This document shows, one piece after another, positions 1 through 12,530 of a stretch of 64,000 bases of DNA. Below the pieces are notes generated by a model. It saw nothing but the letters and a program-made list of their open reading frames with translations. It searched no databases and was not told the origin of the DNA. Made by a program: the position numbers and the translations under genes. How positions within the stretch are numbered: position 1 is the first letter of the stretch; the number at the start of each line of letters is the position of its first letter. Source of the stretch: Malacoraja senta (lineage: Eukaryota); the NCBI GenBank assembly GCA_038087875.1, contig CM075982.1, positions 17,918,001-17,982,000 of the forward strand. The letters run 5' to 3'.

Positions 1-145
1 TCCAGCGGCGACCAGAAAAACGCTACGACTCTTTGGGCGACCGACGAGACTACTCACGACCATTCAGGCGACACTCCTGCGACTATTTGACAACAGCCTA
101 GTCGCCGGCAGTCGCCTCAAAAATTGCTTAAGTGGGACAGGCCCT
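1..145. mobile_element. Right end of a MITE (non-autonomous DNA transposon), truncated by the window edge
   Basis: Ends in ...AAGTGGGACAGGCCCT followed by TA. This is the same terminus as the complete elements at 11247-11718 and 12531-12781. The interior is rich in GCGAC/GTCGC motifs. Confidence 0.8.
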
Positions 146-918
146 TACTGATTTCCCTCTTGATACTGCCTGGAATTTTACGATGTTGTTTTGTGCCAGG
201 GAGGAGATGTGTTTAACTTCTATTTAAGCTCTAATATCCCAGCTGAGGTAATCTGGACAGAATGATCTCAGCTCTTATATCATCCTCAAGCTTGGGTAGA
301 ATAAAAGGCAGGAAACTCGTATGTAGTTTAATACTTATTCTCTGAGGAGATTGGGAGCAGGTGGCAATTAAAATGGAACTAGACAAATCTCCATAAAATA
401 ACTGATGGACCATTAGGAATGGCTAATGTGAGTAAAATAAGTTGGGACATCATGATTGCTGACTGAAACACCTGGCTACACATTTCTCAGTTACTACCCA
501 TGATATTTCAAGTTCCCTCTATTAAAAAAATTTAACCATGGTTGGCAGTGTCAATTTTAGCTTTGCTTTGGGTAGAATTAGCATGGAAGTTTGTTGCCAT
601 TATCGTTTAACCCATTCATAAAAATGCATGGCAAGTGGTCCAGCATCTAAAAGAAAGCAAAAAGATTTGTGTTGGATGGAACATTGCAACATAGGCCAGC
701 TCCTGTATCTGCTTCAGTATTGAGACTTTTGGTGACCGCTTCCTCTATAAGTGACTGATCTGCTCATCAATGAACAAAGCTGTAAAGCTGCAAATGCTTC
801 TTTTGTAGGTGATATTAAAAAAAAAATCCTCTTAGTTTTAGATTTCATTCATATGCTGAATTGTGAGAGTATGAGTAACCACTGATTATGGCAGTAAAGT
901 ATCATTGTAGATATTTGG

Positions 919-978
919 TCGACAAAAATGCTGGAGAAACTAAGCATTGGCGATGTTTCGGGTCGAGACCCTACTACT
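919..978 (-). mobile_element. 60-bp internally deleted Penelope-like terminal-repeat insertion with a 14-bp TSD
   Basis: GACAAAAATGCTGGAGAAACT..GTTTCGGGTCGAGACCCT matches the PLE terminal repeat at 4100-4200 and 23379-23476. It is flanked by TTGTAGATATTTGG at 905-918 and 979-992. Confidence 0.75.
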
Positions 979-1756
979 TTGTAGATATTTGGAATTGGTT
1001 TCAGTATTTGATATTTGTATGGATTGGGAATAATATTGATTCATTGCATCAGGCAACTGTACCATTGCTTGAGTCTACCCAGGTATTACATACACTGTAG
1101 AACTCGGTGATCTTCCTTAGATCATGTTAACTAAATTTTGTGAAATAAATATCAAAATCTTATTTTGTCCATGTTGTAAAGGCCATTTGTAATTGTTAAA
1201 AGGAAGAGACTAATCACATTTTGAATGTCACAGGAAGTCATGGCACTAATTGCTGACATTTTGGTTTCATTCGCCATGCCATGGTACATCACAAGCTTGA
1301 CCTTTTGGTCTTAAGTGTCAGTTTCCTGGTAACCAAGAAAATATATAATTGAATCTGTAGTACATGATTTTCTGGATGAGGAACAAGTGTAATATTGCAG
1401 ATTGAGAAACAATTGGATGAGCTGGTAGCTAAGGGAGGTTTAGGGAAGAGTTATCACACAATAGAATTTTTAGCCTGGGGTCTAAACAAAACAAACAGCA
1501 ACATACAAGTTGAGTGTTAGTTATGGTAGATTGGGAAAACAATCACAAGGAAACATGGAATTACTAAAATTCAAAAATATGTGGGTTACAACAGATCTAT
1601 GATCTGTTTTAAGGGACACAACCAAACATATTAGGAATTCAGCAAAGAAAGACCAAAACCTTGATAACGAAAGAGAAAAGTGGAATACAACTATAATCTG
1701 GCAAAAAACAAAAACAGATCTCACGGGACTAGTGCATGACTAGGAAAGGTTTAGAG

Positions 1757-2530
1757 ATACAATAGACAATAGGTGCAGGAGTCGGCCTTTCGAGCCAGCA
1801 CGGCCATTCAATGTGATCATGACTGATCATCCCCAATCAGTACCCCATTCCTGCCTTCTCCCCATATCCCCTGACTCCGCTATTTTTATGAGCCCAATCT
1901 AGCTCTCTCTTGAAAGCATCCAGAGAACCCGTCTCCACTGCCCTCTGAGGCTGAGATATGGGACTGGTGTAAATGGGCATCTTGTTTGGCATTGATGAGT
2001 TAGGCTTCCATGCTCTATGGCCAAGTTATGGGGAGAGGTTGGCCAGGCTAGCACTATTTCTTGAAGTATATGAGATTGAAGGGTGATCTCGTGAAGCTTT
2101 ATTTATAAAAGCACAAGGGGCAAAGGTAGGGTGACCCCACATAGTCTTTTTTCCAAAGAGACCAACATTGTTGTTCTGGCACCATTCAATCAGATTATCA
2201 ACCTCCCTGACTCCTCATTGCCCATTATTCGTTTGACAATGGTGGTATTGTCTGTGAATTTAAAGATTTTGTTGGGAACATGTCTGGTTACGCGATTGTG
2301 GACATGAGTTCATGAGTCATAGCAGCAGAATTAGGCCATTCTACCCATCGAATTTACTCTGCCATTCAATCATGGCTGATCTATCTTTCCCTCTCAACAC
2401 CATTCTCTGGCCTTCTCTCTGTAACCTATGACACGCTTGCTAATCAAGAACCTGTCAATTTCCACCTTAATACTGCCCAATGACCTATCCTCCATTGTCG
2501 TCTATGGCAATGGATACCACAGATTCACCA
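1757..2530. mobile_element. Cluster of CR1 (HER1-type) LINE 3'-end fragments in both orientations, plus a Rex1 scrap
   Basis: 1760-1950 and 2310-2530 match the CR1 3' UTR of the young copy at 47940-48170 (AATAGGTGCAGGAGT.GGCC...CCATTCAAT..GATCATG.CTGATC). Confidence 0.7.
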
Positions 2531-2606
2531 CAGAGAATAGAGCAGGGGACGGGGCACATATCCATAGGTGCCCCTGTGCTGATGGTCATCGAGGAGGAAG
2601 TGCTGC

Positions 2607-2907
2607 TTAGTTTAGAGATACAGTGCAGAAACAGGCCCTACGGGCCCAGAGTCCACACCGACCAGCGTTCCCTGCACATTAACACTACCCTGTGTGCACT
2701 AGGGACAATTTTCCATTCATACCAAGCCATTTAACCTACAAATCTGTACATCTTTGCAATGTGGACGGAAACCGAAGATGTCGGAGAAAACCCACATGGG
2801 ACACGGGGAGAACGTACAAACTCCATATAGACAAGCAACTGTAGTCAGGATTAAACCCGGGTTTCAGGCGCTGTAAGGCAGTAGCTCTACTGCTACGCCA
2901 CCGTGCC
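2607..2907 (-). mobile_element. HE1-type V-SINE (tRNA-derived)
   Basis: The minus strand reads as a tRNA-like head (GGCACGGTGGCGTAGCAGTAGAGCTACTGCCTTACAGCGCC..CCCGGGTTTAATCC), a V-core (GGAGTTTGTACGTTCTCCCCGTG), a CR1-like tail (GGGCCTGTTTC) and a (CTAAA)n end. Confidence 0.85.
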
Positions 2908-3148
2908 TTTGCTGTTGTCAATTTGTACTGATTGAAGTCTGCTGATGAGGACGTTGAGCATCCATTTCGATCCAAAGTCGACGAACAACAACCAGGTGTG
3001 CTTTTTCTTGTCGATGTGACTTTATAAAAGTGAAATCAAAGTTGACAAAACTTATTTTTGAGGATGTAATTAGCAGAATAGATAAAGGGGAAACAAGTGG
3101 AAGTTTTATTTTTGGATTTTCAGGAATCCAATAAAGTATCACAAGAAA

Positions 3149-3438
3149 TTTAGTTTAGAGAGACAGCGCGGAAACAGGCCCTTCGGGCCAACCGAGTCCG
3201 CGCGATCCCGCCGCTAACACTATCCTGCACACACTAGGGACAATTTACAGTTTTGCCAAGCCAATTAGCTTTCAAACCAGTACGTCTTTGGAGTGTGGGA
3301 GGAAACTGAGGCTCCTAGAGAAAACCCTTCACAGGTCACGGGGAGAACGTACAAACTCCGTACAGACAACACCCGTAGTCTGGATTGAACCCGGGTCTCT
3401 GGCGCAGTAAGGCAACAACTCTATTGCTGCGCCACTGC
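3149..3438 (-). mobile_element. HE1-type V-SINE inserted into an old plus-strand CR1 fragment (about 2990-3950)
   Basis: Same head, core and tail as 2607-2907. The flanks resemble degenerate CR1 RT (..FFEDVISRIDKGE..LDFQ..). Confidence 0.85.
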
Positions 3439-4097
3439 ATTAAACAAAATGAAAGCATGTGGGATTGATACACTTGTGCCGATTGAGTGGTTGGAGGGCA
3501 GAACAATAGGAACAAACAGGTTGTTTTCAATTGGGAAACTGTGACCTTGGGAAACCCGGAGGAATACTGTTGAGGCCCAACATTGTTTAGTCTCTAATGA
3601 TTTGAATGGAGAGACTCTAATGATTTGAATGGTTATTCATCTCTATCTGCTCAGGATATGAAACTGGATGCCAGTGTCTTTTGAGGTGATGAGGTTGGAA
3701 AGTATTGATATGCGGAGAGACGTGCGTGTCCTTCACAAATCACAGACTTGCTGATAGCAAGAAATTGTAAGGCAAAGGTGTGTTGCTTCTATTGCAAGAA
3801 GATTCAAGTGCAAGAGAACAGGTCCCGGTCAATATAAGAATTGTAGGACTTTGAGATTACATGTGAAACACTGAGTACCAATCTGGTGTACAAACTATAT
3901 TTGGGACCCAAGGAGTTGTAGTGAAGATTCGCCAGACTAATTCCTGCATTGGCACGTATATTGTCACGTACCGCAGTGAAAACAGTGAAAAATGTTGTTT
4001 GCATGCGATCCGATCAAATATACTAAACACAAGTACGGTCGAGCCATACACAAGTACTACGGATAGTGCAAGGAGAAAAATACCAGAGTGAGGAATA

Positions 4098-4716
4098 AGA
4101 AGGTAGACAAAAATGCTGGAGGAACTCGGAGGGTGAGGCAGCATCTATGGAGCGAAGGAAATAGGCAACGTTTCGGGTCGAAACCCTTCTTCAGACTGAT
4201 GTGGAGGGGGGGGGGCGGGAAGAAAAAAGGATGAGACAGAGACAGTGGGCTGTGGGAGAGCTGGGAAGGGGAGGGGAAAGAAGGAGAAAGCAGGGACGAC
4301 CGGAAATTGGAGAAGTCAATGTTCATACCGCTGGGGTGTAAATTACCCAAGCGAAATATGAGGTGCAGCTCCTCCAATTTACGGCGAGCCTCACTCTGGC
4401 CATGGAGGAAGCCCAGGACAGAAAGGTCGGATTCGGAATGGGATGGGGAGTTGAAGTGATGAGCCACCAGGAGATCAGGTTGGTTATTGCGAACCGAGCG
4501 GAGGTATTGGGCGAAGTGATCGCCAAGCCTACGCTTGGTCTCACTGATGTAGAGCAGCTGACACCTAGAACAGCGGATGCAATAGATGAGGTTGGAGCAG
4601 GTGCAGGTGAACCTCTGCCGCACCTGGAAAGACTGCTTGGGTTTCAGAATGGGAGGGAGAGTTGAAGTGCTGAGCTACTTTGGGAATGGGAGGGGGAGTT
4701 GAAGTGCTGAGCCACT
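4098..4716 (-). mobile_element. 5'-truncated Penelope-like retroelement: GIY-YIG endonuclease region plus terminal repeat
   Basis: ORF 4057..4623 reads RQRFTCTCSNLIYCIRCSRCQLLYISETKRRLGDHFAQYLRSVR...HFNSPSH...HPSGMN, the PLE GIY-YIG domain with its CxxC/H insert. Candidate 10-bp TSD GTGAGGAATA at 4088-4097 and 4717-4726. Confidence 0.9.
4161..4200 (-). ncRNA. Minimal type-I hammerhead ribozyme motif in the PLE terminal repeat
   Basis: Minus strand: AGU CUGAAGA A GGGU-UUCG-ACCC GAA ACGU U. It has the hammerhead core boxes, a 4-bp stem II and a palindromic ACGU stem III. Confidence 0.7.
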
Positions 4717-5510
4717 GTGAGGAATATGTTCCTTTTGAAATCCAAATTCTAATGGATGTTCTCAGTAAATGCAGTGATGTTTTCTTTGTGTCTACAACCA
4801 CTGCCAGCCATTTAGGACTGATGAGAAGAAATACTTCCATCTACAGTGCAGTGAATCATTGGAATTCTCTATCCGATAGAGCCCTGGAAGCCCAGTTGCC
4901 AGTGTATTCAAGATAAGTAGATATATTTTTAGATGCAGAGGAAATGAGAGGTGGGATTTGTACTGGAAAGTGATCATGACCTTGTTGAACTACTGTGTGG
5001 TCATGGGCAGAATGGCCTACTGGTTTTTATAATCTGAAGGCAAGAAGGAAGTTCAGTTTATTCAACGCTTGTTATGTCATTGGAGTTCTTGCCAATTTGA
5101 TTACATCTTGGGTGAACTCTGAAACATCAAGCATTTTATCATCGCTTTGCATATAGCAAACTAATCTGTCTAGACATCTGCCTGTTCCCATGAGAAATAC
5201 TGAACATTAACTGTCACTAAAAATAACAAAACATGTAATCAATCCTCTCCAATTTTATAACTATTAAGGGCTCTGCCTGGATGAAATATGGAACCCATTG
5301 CACTGGCAGGTACATTAGTTACCAAGAAAGGTAGATTAAACATGACTGGCAAAAGGATTGGAGAGCGGAGGAGATACTTTTCTTTCACCAACTTGTTGCG
5401 CAACTCCACTCCAGGAAGCAATTCAATAATGTCAAAATGAAATTGAATAAAGGCCAGACAGGGCTTTCAGGTTGGGGGCGGGGTATGAAGATATGGAGGG
5501 TGGTGGCACA

Positions 5511-5816
5511 GTTTAGTTTAGAGATACAGCATGGAAACAGGCCCTTGGGTCCACTGAGTCCGTGCCGACCTGTGACCCCCGCACACTAACTCTATCCGAC
5601 ACACACTAGGGACAAATTACAATTTTACCAAAGCCAATTAGCCTACGAACCTGTACGTCCTTGGAGTGTGGGAGGTAACTGGAGCTGCCAGAGAAGACCC
5701 ACACAGGTCATGGGGAGGATGTACAAACTCCATATACACAGCACCCGTAATCCGGATCGAACCCGGGTCTCTGGTGCTGTAAGCCAGCAACTCGACTACT
5801 GCACAACCGTGCCACC
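5511..5816 (-). mobile_element. HE1-type V-SINE
   Basis: Full head, V-core and tail match the copies at 2607 and 3149. Confidence 0.85.
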
Positions 5817-8099
5817 CTATGAAAAGGGATAGAGTTAATGTGGAGTAGTATTAATTGGATTACTTCAAAGAGCTATCAAAAACTATGGTTACTTTCATGC
5901 TCAAAGGTTATACAGATGTAATTAAAGTAATCCGTCTGATTCCAACAGCCAACACATCTCTTTTTATATAGCTAGTTTAAGATTACAATTGACAGGGTTT
6001 GTTTCACCGTGTAAATGAACCCATAAGTGTTTTGCCACTCGTTCCCCCCCTCCCCACCCCGTTCTGCTTACTAAAGTTCAGATTAGGTTGTGGGAAGGAG
6101 TCGTATGTCGTATGGCATTAATGACATCTGTATGTTTGAGATTTTTAATATGAGGGTTACAGCAATATAGTAAACGCCAAAGGCATACATCCAGTGGAAG
6201 AACTGAGAGAACGGATCTGATCTACTTCCAAAGGTGCATGGTCACAGGGACAATTTCACAGGACTATAAATCAAGAGATACAATTATACAAAGTGGGTCA
6301 CTTGATCTAAAGTGGAACACGTCCCGTGAGATATTGCAGATGTTCTAATCCTCATTTCAGGATAAGAATCAGTCGGTGTTTTAAACCAAAAAAAATTTGC
6401 AGCTGAAGAAAACCATTCTCTAATTTCTACCTGTGTCATTTCTCAAAGACCGTCTTAATGCAGGCATGAATTCATGGGGAAAAGTACCACTGACCTGTTT
6501 GTTCCCAAAAGACACCAGGTGTAACTTGAGCATGCATCAGCCAATACAGCAATTCAATTTATAGCTTGACTGCGAGCAGTCAAATTCCACTCAATGAGTA
6601 GGGAGGAGGGGCTTCCTCTATAATCTCTGAGGCACATGAAACACCAGCCACAGGATGGCCAGCTGCTTCCATTGATTTTCTTTGTTAAATACGTAAATCG
6701 AGTCTCTCTCTCATGATCAACAATCTGACAGTGAGTTCTCTTTCTGGGGACGTAACTACTTTATACCGGTCGAGTGTAGAAAGATTTACATAACAGGGTT
6801 TGTTGTAGCCCCATATTGAGAAGAGGGACAAGTGTAAGGGAGCAAGCCCTGTTCTCTTTGCAAAACTGCTCAACTGTGTTTTTACCTATATCCTCTTTTC
6901 CCCAACTTTTCCAAACTTCAACTCATATCGACAATTTCAAAAAGTTTCCATAATTTCTTTAAAATGTATCTGATTGAAGCTTGTGACTATCCGCCTTGTT
7001 CTGAATATTGTTTGCTATCCTCGTGGTGCTCCATGTGATAGTGAGGGGAATGTGGATTTGGGCTATTTCTCCCCATGCACTTGTATAAATCAAGACTTGG
7101 CAACCGTGTATCCTGTGTACTCCAATGGGATGAGTAAATTAATCTGTTCTTCCACAAGATATTCATCATGCCCCTTGAATATTTCACACCAGAAATTTTT
7201 GATTAAACAACTAAAAATAATCCTGACAGTTAGAAATGTATCCTGTTGGCTAATACATTTGAGGAGAAATAATTTAGAAATTCCTATGAACAAATGAAAA
7301 TGCAAAGAACCAAATAATATAAGCATTAATTTACTGTATATTTTGCCTTGCTCCTAATCCAGATCGATACCAAATTCTTTCAGTTTCTCTCTGTATAACT
7401 AATTTTCTGTGGAAGGTTTTCATTGATGCAATGTAAAAACTACTAACTAGGTCTATACATCCTTGTCACCTCTCTCTTGAAATAGAGGGGGAGATCATCT
7501 GGTAGAGTTTGTTAGATTTCAGCTCGCCCTCAAAGGAAATGCAAATATTTCCTGATTGCCCTGAATTCCAAATAAAACATGCTCAAGATGAATTGACATA
7601 ATTCAAAGTAGTCACATTGAAAAGATGCTTAGTTAAAAGTTTACTGCAGATAGCTTGGGTGACTAAGTATTCTATCTATCAGTTTCTCAAACTTCCCAGC
7701 TGCTCAAATGGCACTAATTCGTATAAATATATTAGTGATGGGCAGTGTTATCTCCATCCATCAGTTGCTGGCTCGCACCTCCAGTGACCTGGGTTTGATC
7801 TTGACCTTGGGTACAGTTTGTGTAGAGTCTGCACATCCTCTATTACCTTGTGTGACTTCTCGTGTCGTTAATTGACTAGTCTAAATTATTACTGGTGTAG
7901 GTCGGCGATACCCCTTCAGTGTAGCTCTTGATGAGTGAATAAATACAGGAATAGGATTGAAAGAGGTGCTCTGAGAACTAGCATCGACTTGAGGGATCGC
8001 ATGTCCACCTTCAATATCATAGTCAAATGAGAAATCCGCAGTATTTTATGTTAATGTATGGCTGAGATCGGATGTTTGCAATTTCCTAATTTAATATAA

Positions 8100-8810
8100 A
8101 AAACAAGTCGATTGCAGGTAGGAAGGAGGATGTAAACGGGTTTCAAGATGCAGACTAACTAGTGGTAATGACATGGAAGGTGTAATATAGTGTGGGGGGG
8201 AATGTGAACTTATCCACTGGAAGAAAACTATAAAGCAGAGGGTTTTTTAAATGTTGGATTGACAAATGTTCACAGGTACCCAGTGTACCCTACTTGCCAA
8301 AAGCCAGAGTAGAAGAAGATGAGGAAGGCAAACAGTGCATTGGCCTTTATTACAACATGATTTAGTATACGAGTGAAGATGCCTCACAACAACTACATAG
8401 GACCTTGGTAGGACTATGCCTGGAACGCTGGCCTCCCTACAGAAAATGCTATTAAGTTAATGCCGCAACAGTTTTGTTGACATTTACAAAAGGTTTTTAT
8501 AAATGTTTGCTTCTACTGGTGTTTAAAACCAGGGGTCACAGTCGCATAATATGGGCAGGCCATTTAACGACTTGAATGGGGAAAGAAATCTATTTACTGT
8601 GGGTTGTGAATCTTGGGGAATTCTGTATTTCCAGGCAATGGAGGTCATTCAAAATGGATCGCAAGAATTCTGGATTTTAAAGACCTCTGGAGATTTTTGG
8701 ACAGTGCAGGAAAGTGGCCCAAACATAGAAGATTGGCCACAATTTGTTTTGAACAGTGGAGTAGGCTTGAAAGGGCAAATGGCATGGTCTTGCACCTATT
8801 TCTTGTTTTC
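8100..8810 (+). mobile_element. Old, degenerate CR1 LINE 3' fragment
   Basis: Residual similarity to the CR1 RT C-terminus and 3' UTR (ACCAGGGGTCACAGT, GGCTTGAAAGGGCAAATGGC..CTTGCACCTATTTCTT). Confidence 0.6.
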
Positions 8811-9729
8811 ACATAAAATGCTTAGCTTCCACTTTAGTTGAAGCCCTTTTATCATTTAAGGTGAAATTGTTTAGGAAGTACACATAGGTTTAAATTGAAG
8901 TCTTGAGCTTGGGGCAGTGAAAGGATATCCTCCTGAGTTAGCATTGAGAGAGTGTGTGAGTGTGAGATTCACAATGATCCTTGAACTGGAGCCTGCAGTT
9001 AGTTGGATTGATTTTGTAGAAACCTCTTTTTGGAATGAACAAGGCAATCTGCAGCCATCTCTGTACTTTGGTAGATGGAAACCATGTTTTAAAATGAATG
9101 TGTATAAATGGGCCATGAGCCCTCTTATTTTCCTTCATGATGAGTTGCTATTTCTATCTCATTAGGTACCTATTCATTCAAGGAGAGTAATATAGTATAG
9201 GTAACTGGACTTCATATTTTCAGCAGTATTTTAATGGATGTTGGAAATCAACTTTGCTCTGTGTGGTCTCTCTGGAATTTTCTTCCCGTGTTTAGCCCAA
9301 CGGTTACTATTTTCTATGCAAACTTGCCTCACTTGCAGTTATAGTACTACGTAAAATATTATTCATCACACCCACAGATTTGTTTTATTCATTATATGGT
9401 AAATACTGGTTTGAATCATGGAAGCCTTATGATTATTGTACAGACAAAATAATGATTGTGACGACTTGCTGGACACAATTTTAAATGAGAATAATTTTAA
9501 CTTCGGTGCACCGCAAAAGCTCTTGCCCTGATTTAATTGCATCCGCACGGTGCGTACAGTGGTTATAAAGAGTTCAATTAAAAAATACTGCAAACCACGC
9601 AAACTGCAAATCATGCTTGTTTTCTGTTCCGGCTGGGGGATGGGGTGGAGCTAACACCACCTAACCTATGAGCCCAAAGACTGTCTGTTTGTGTTTCTGC
9701 AGAGATGTTTCAGACACACACTTGTGTAA

Positions 9730-9995
9730 CATGAGAGTGCTGCATGTTTAAAGTGCTCTCTTTCTGATGAATGGTCAACTGAGAAGAGAAGCAAAGAAGT
9801 GGATGTTCAGGGAAATATCATCCCACAACTAGCAACACTAAAACAAATCATTTAGGCATTGCATTGTTTGTTGAAGTTTGCTCTACATATTAGCTGCTGC
9901 ACTTTCTTCAATGGCAGCAGTTTAGCAGTATTTGTTGGAAGTAAAGCTCTTTGGGGCTTCCCAAGTTTGTGAGGAGCTAATTTATGCAAGTCTTT
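9730..9995 (+). mobile_element. Degenerate Deu-core SINE (SacSINE1/AmnSINE-related)
   Basis: GAGTGCTGCA..TTTCTGATGA core remnant and a GTAAAGCTCTTTGGG..ATGCAAGTCTTT tail, similar to other copies in the window. Confidence 0.45.
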
Positions 9996-10560
9996 TCATT
10001 TATTGAACTATTTTATGCATTTCCATACTGACATACTTTGTGATTTTGTCAGAGTTCCTCTCGGTGTCAAGTCCAGTTGCACTGGTAGTTGGGCATCTGT
10101 ATCACAGTTTGAGTGACACAGGTTCATTCGTGACTTCTGGTGCTGTCCGTGGAGTTTGCATATTCCCCCTGAGATTGCGTGAGTTTCATCTAAGCGCTCT
10201 GGTTTCCTCCCTCAAGCCAAAGAAGGGCAGGTTGGTAGGTTCATTTTAGGCGAGTGGAATGTAGGTGGATTAGAATATTTAGACACGTGGTCAGGCAAGA
10301 AATGGAGGGATACAGACCATGTGCATGCAGATGGGATTAGTTAGATTGTCATCATGACCAGTGCAGACAATGTGGACCAAAGGGCCTGTTCTTGTGCTAC
10401 ATCCCTCTGTGACTTTATTGCCAATGTTCATATCATGTGCAAACTACTTCATCATAATTTAAGTCTGGATTAATTTATATGACAAAAAGAGACTGAGTAC
10501 TGAATCTTGTGGAACCCCCCGAGAACAGTTGTAGTCATAAAAACAAACAGCAATCCTTTT

Positions 10561-10626
10561 TAAGATAGACACAAAAAACTGGAGTAACTCAGTGGGACAG
10601 GCAGCATCTCTGGAGAGAAGGAATGG
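10561..10626 (-). mobile_element. Solo PLE terminal-repeat fragment, truncated before the hammerhead
   Basis: AAGATAGACACAAAAAACTGGAGTAACTCAGTGGGACAGGCAGCATCTCTGGAGAGAAGGAATGG is nearly identical to 36745-36810. Confidence 0.8.
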
Positions 10627-11246
10627 CTTCCTGTTACTGAAACAGTTTGGATCTAATTTTGCCACTCCCTTGGATCTCATGAGTTTTTACTTTTTTTTAG
10701 ACCAGCCTACCTACCATTTGCCAGGTAAAAAGCCTTACTCAAATCCACATAAACAACATAAAACACAATTAATGATCCCTGTCGTCTGCAAAGAATTTAA
10801 TGTTTTGAGGAAGTAACATGAGCTTGCCTCAATCCAGGCTGTGTTTCTGATTAATCCATGCGTTTCTAAATGAAAATTTATAATATCTCAGAATTAATTT
10901 CTGACATTTGCCCATCATTTAAAGTTAAGTGGCCCATAGTTACTCGGTTTATATTGTTTTTAAGCAATGATGGTGTTAAAGTGGTTCACACTCCCAGGCA
11001 CCATTCCTGGAGCCAGGGAGGATTGAACATTATGGTCCAGGCTTCTGTAGTTTCCTCTGTTTGCCTGTGATATATTGTATCTGAAGTTGGTGATTTATCT
11101 GCTTTCAAAGATGCTGAACTCCTTCACACTTCCTGTTCTGGTGCTTTATCTCTTTTGACATTACGCACTTGTCCTCTGCTACACTGCCAATACTCCCTAT
11201 TATGATTGCAGCTGCAAAGAACCTTGCCACACCCTCCACACACTTA

Positions 11247-11718
11247 AGGGCCTGTCCCACGGGCATGCGACTCCATGCGGCAAGCGGGGGTGGCGCGGAG
11301 GTCGCGGGGCCGGTCCCACTTCGATCGCCGTATGGAGTTGTGCGGGGCTCCGAAAAACTGCCAGTGTTCAAATATTCCGTGCGGCAACGGCCTGCCGCCC
11401 CGCAGCCGCATGGAGGCCGTGCGCGCCGCATCGACGGCCGTGCGCACCGCCTCGACACCGGACGCAGCCGCCTTGAGGCCGTGCGCACCGCCTCGACGGC
11501 GGACGCAGCCGCATCGAGGCCGTGCGCACCGCCTAGCAGCCGTACGCACCGTCTTGACGTCACTCGACCTCCGCGCGGCCCCCGCTTCCGATTTGGTAGC
11601 GCTTGCCGCATGCTGGTGGGACCGGCCCTGTACGGGGATCACTCGACCTCCGCGCGGCCCCCGCTTGCGGTTAGGTCGCGCTTGCCGCATGGAGTCGCAT
11701 GCCCGTGGGACAGGGCCT
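11247..11718. mobile_element. GC/CpG-rich MITE with about 40-bp terminal inverted repeats
   Basis: The left end AGGGCCTGTCCCACGGGCATGCGACTCCATGCGGCAAGCG is the reverse complement (1 mismatch) of the right end. TA flanks on both sides (TTAA context) and internal tandem repeats. Confidence 0.9.
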
Positions 11719-12530
11719 TAAGTCTCTAAGAGGTCTTTTTCTTTACTTGAATATTCAGTTGATCATTTTGTTCTCGTAAAAATTATTATAGACCCTCTTT
11801 GCTTCACCAATTTTTCTTCAATTTTACTTTTGAAGTTGTAGGCTTTCTGCTGTATTAAACTCTTGGTTTCTCTCAAACTTTTCTTTCTTGCTTTATCGTA
11901 CCTCCTGTGTTCCTTTGATCCAAAGAGTTCTAGATTGGCAGTCCCTGAGAGCATGCACTGCAAATGCCTTCCTTTCCTCCTTAAACATTTCTCATTGTAC
12001 TATGATTTAGTTGCCATCAAGTAGCTGTTTTCAGCCCATTTTAGCTCAATCATTTTTCCGTCTTGCACATGACCCCATTTTAGGACCACACTTCTATTTT
12101 TCTGTGAAGTTATCGTTCCTATCTCAAAAAACCACCTGCGGGACCGTGTTCCGTTTTCTACCTATTTCACTGGGTTGTGGGCAAAGGCCTCTGGGTTGTC
12201 TTCCTGCCACTGCTCAGTGATAGCCTTGACTTTGGCACGAAGGAGGCCACATACCATACTGGAATCCCCTATGACTGCAGAAGCAGCTGCCTGCTCCTCT
12301 AATAATAGAACCCCCTGTAACTTATGAACTCAAACTCTCTGTCTCCCTTCGTGGCTGAGTCACCCATGGTGTCTTGGATGTAACTGCATTCTTAGGGGAA
12401 CCTGCTTCCCTCACGTATTTGAAACTGAATACTGGTTGAACAGCCAAATGCTGTCAAATGTCTCCTGATGTGACTGCCTTCTCGTAAAAGCCTCCCGCTG
12501 TCCCACGAACCATGCTCGTTTGAGATGCTA

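Noticed and set aside
3592-3632. Short direct repeats (CTCTAATGATTTGAATGG twice; similar cases near 51322-51372 and 52345-52384)
   Set aside because: Ordinary slippage duplications in neutral sequence.
11400-11555. Repeat array superficially like CRISPR
   Set aside because: Tandem degenerate units without unique spacers, inside a eukaryotic MITE, and no cas genes.
11105-11729. Four overlapping 148-186 aa ORFs on both strands
   Set aside because: Low-complexity Arg/Ala/Pro frames caused by a GC-rich palindromic MITE; no domain motifs.
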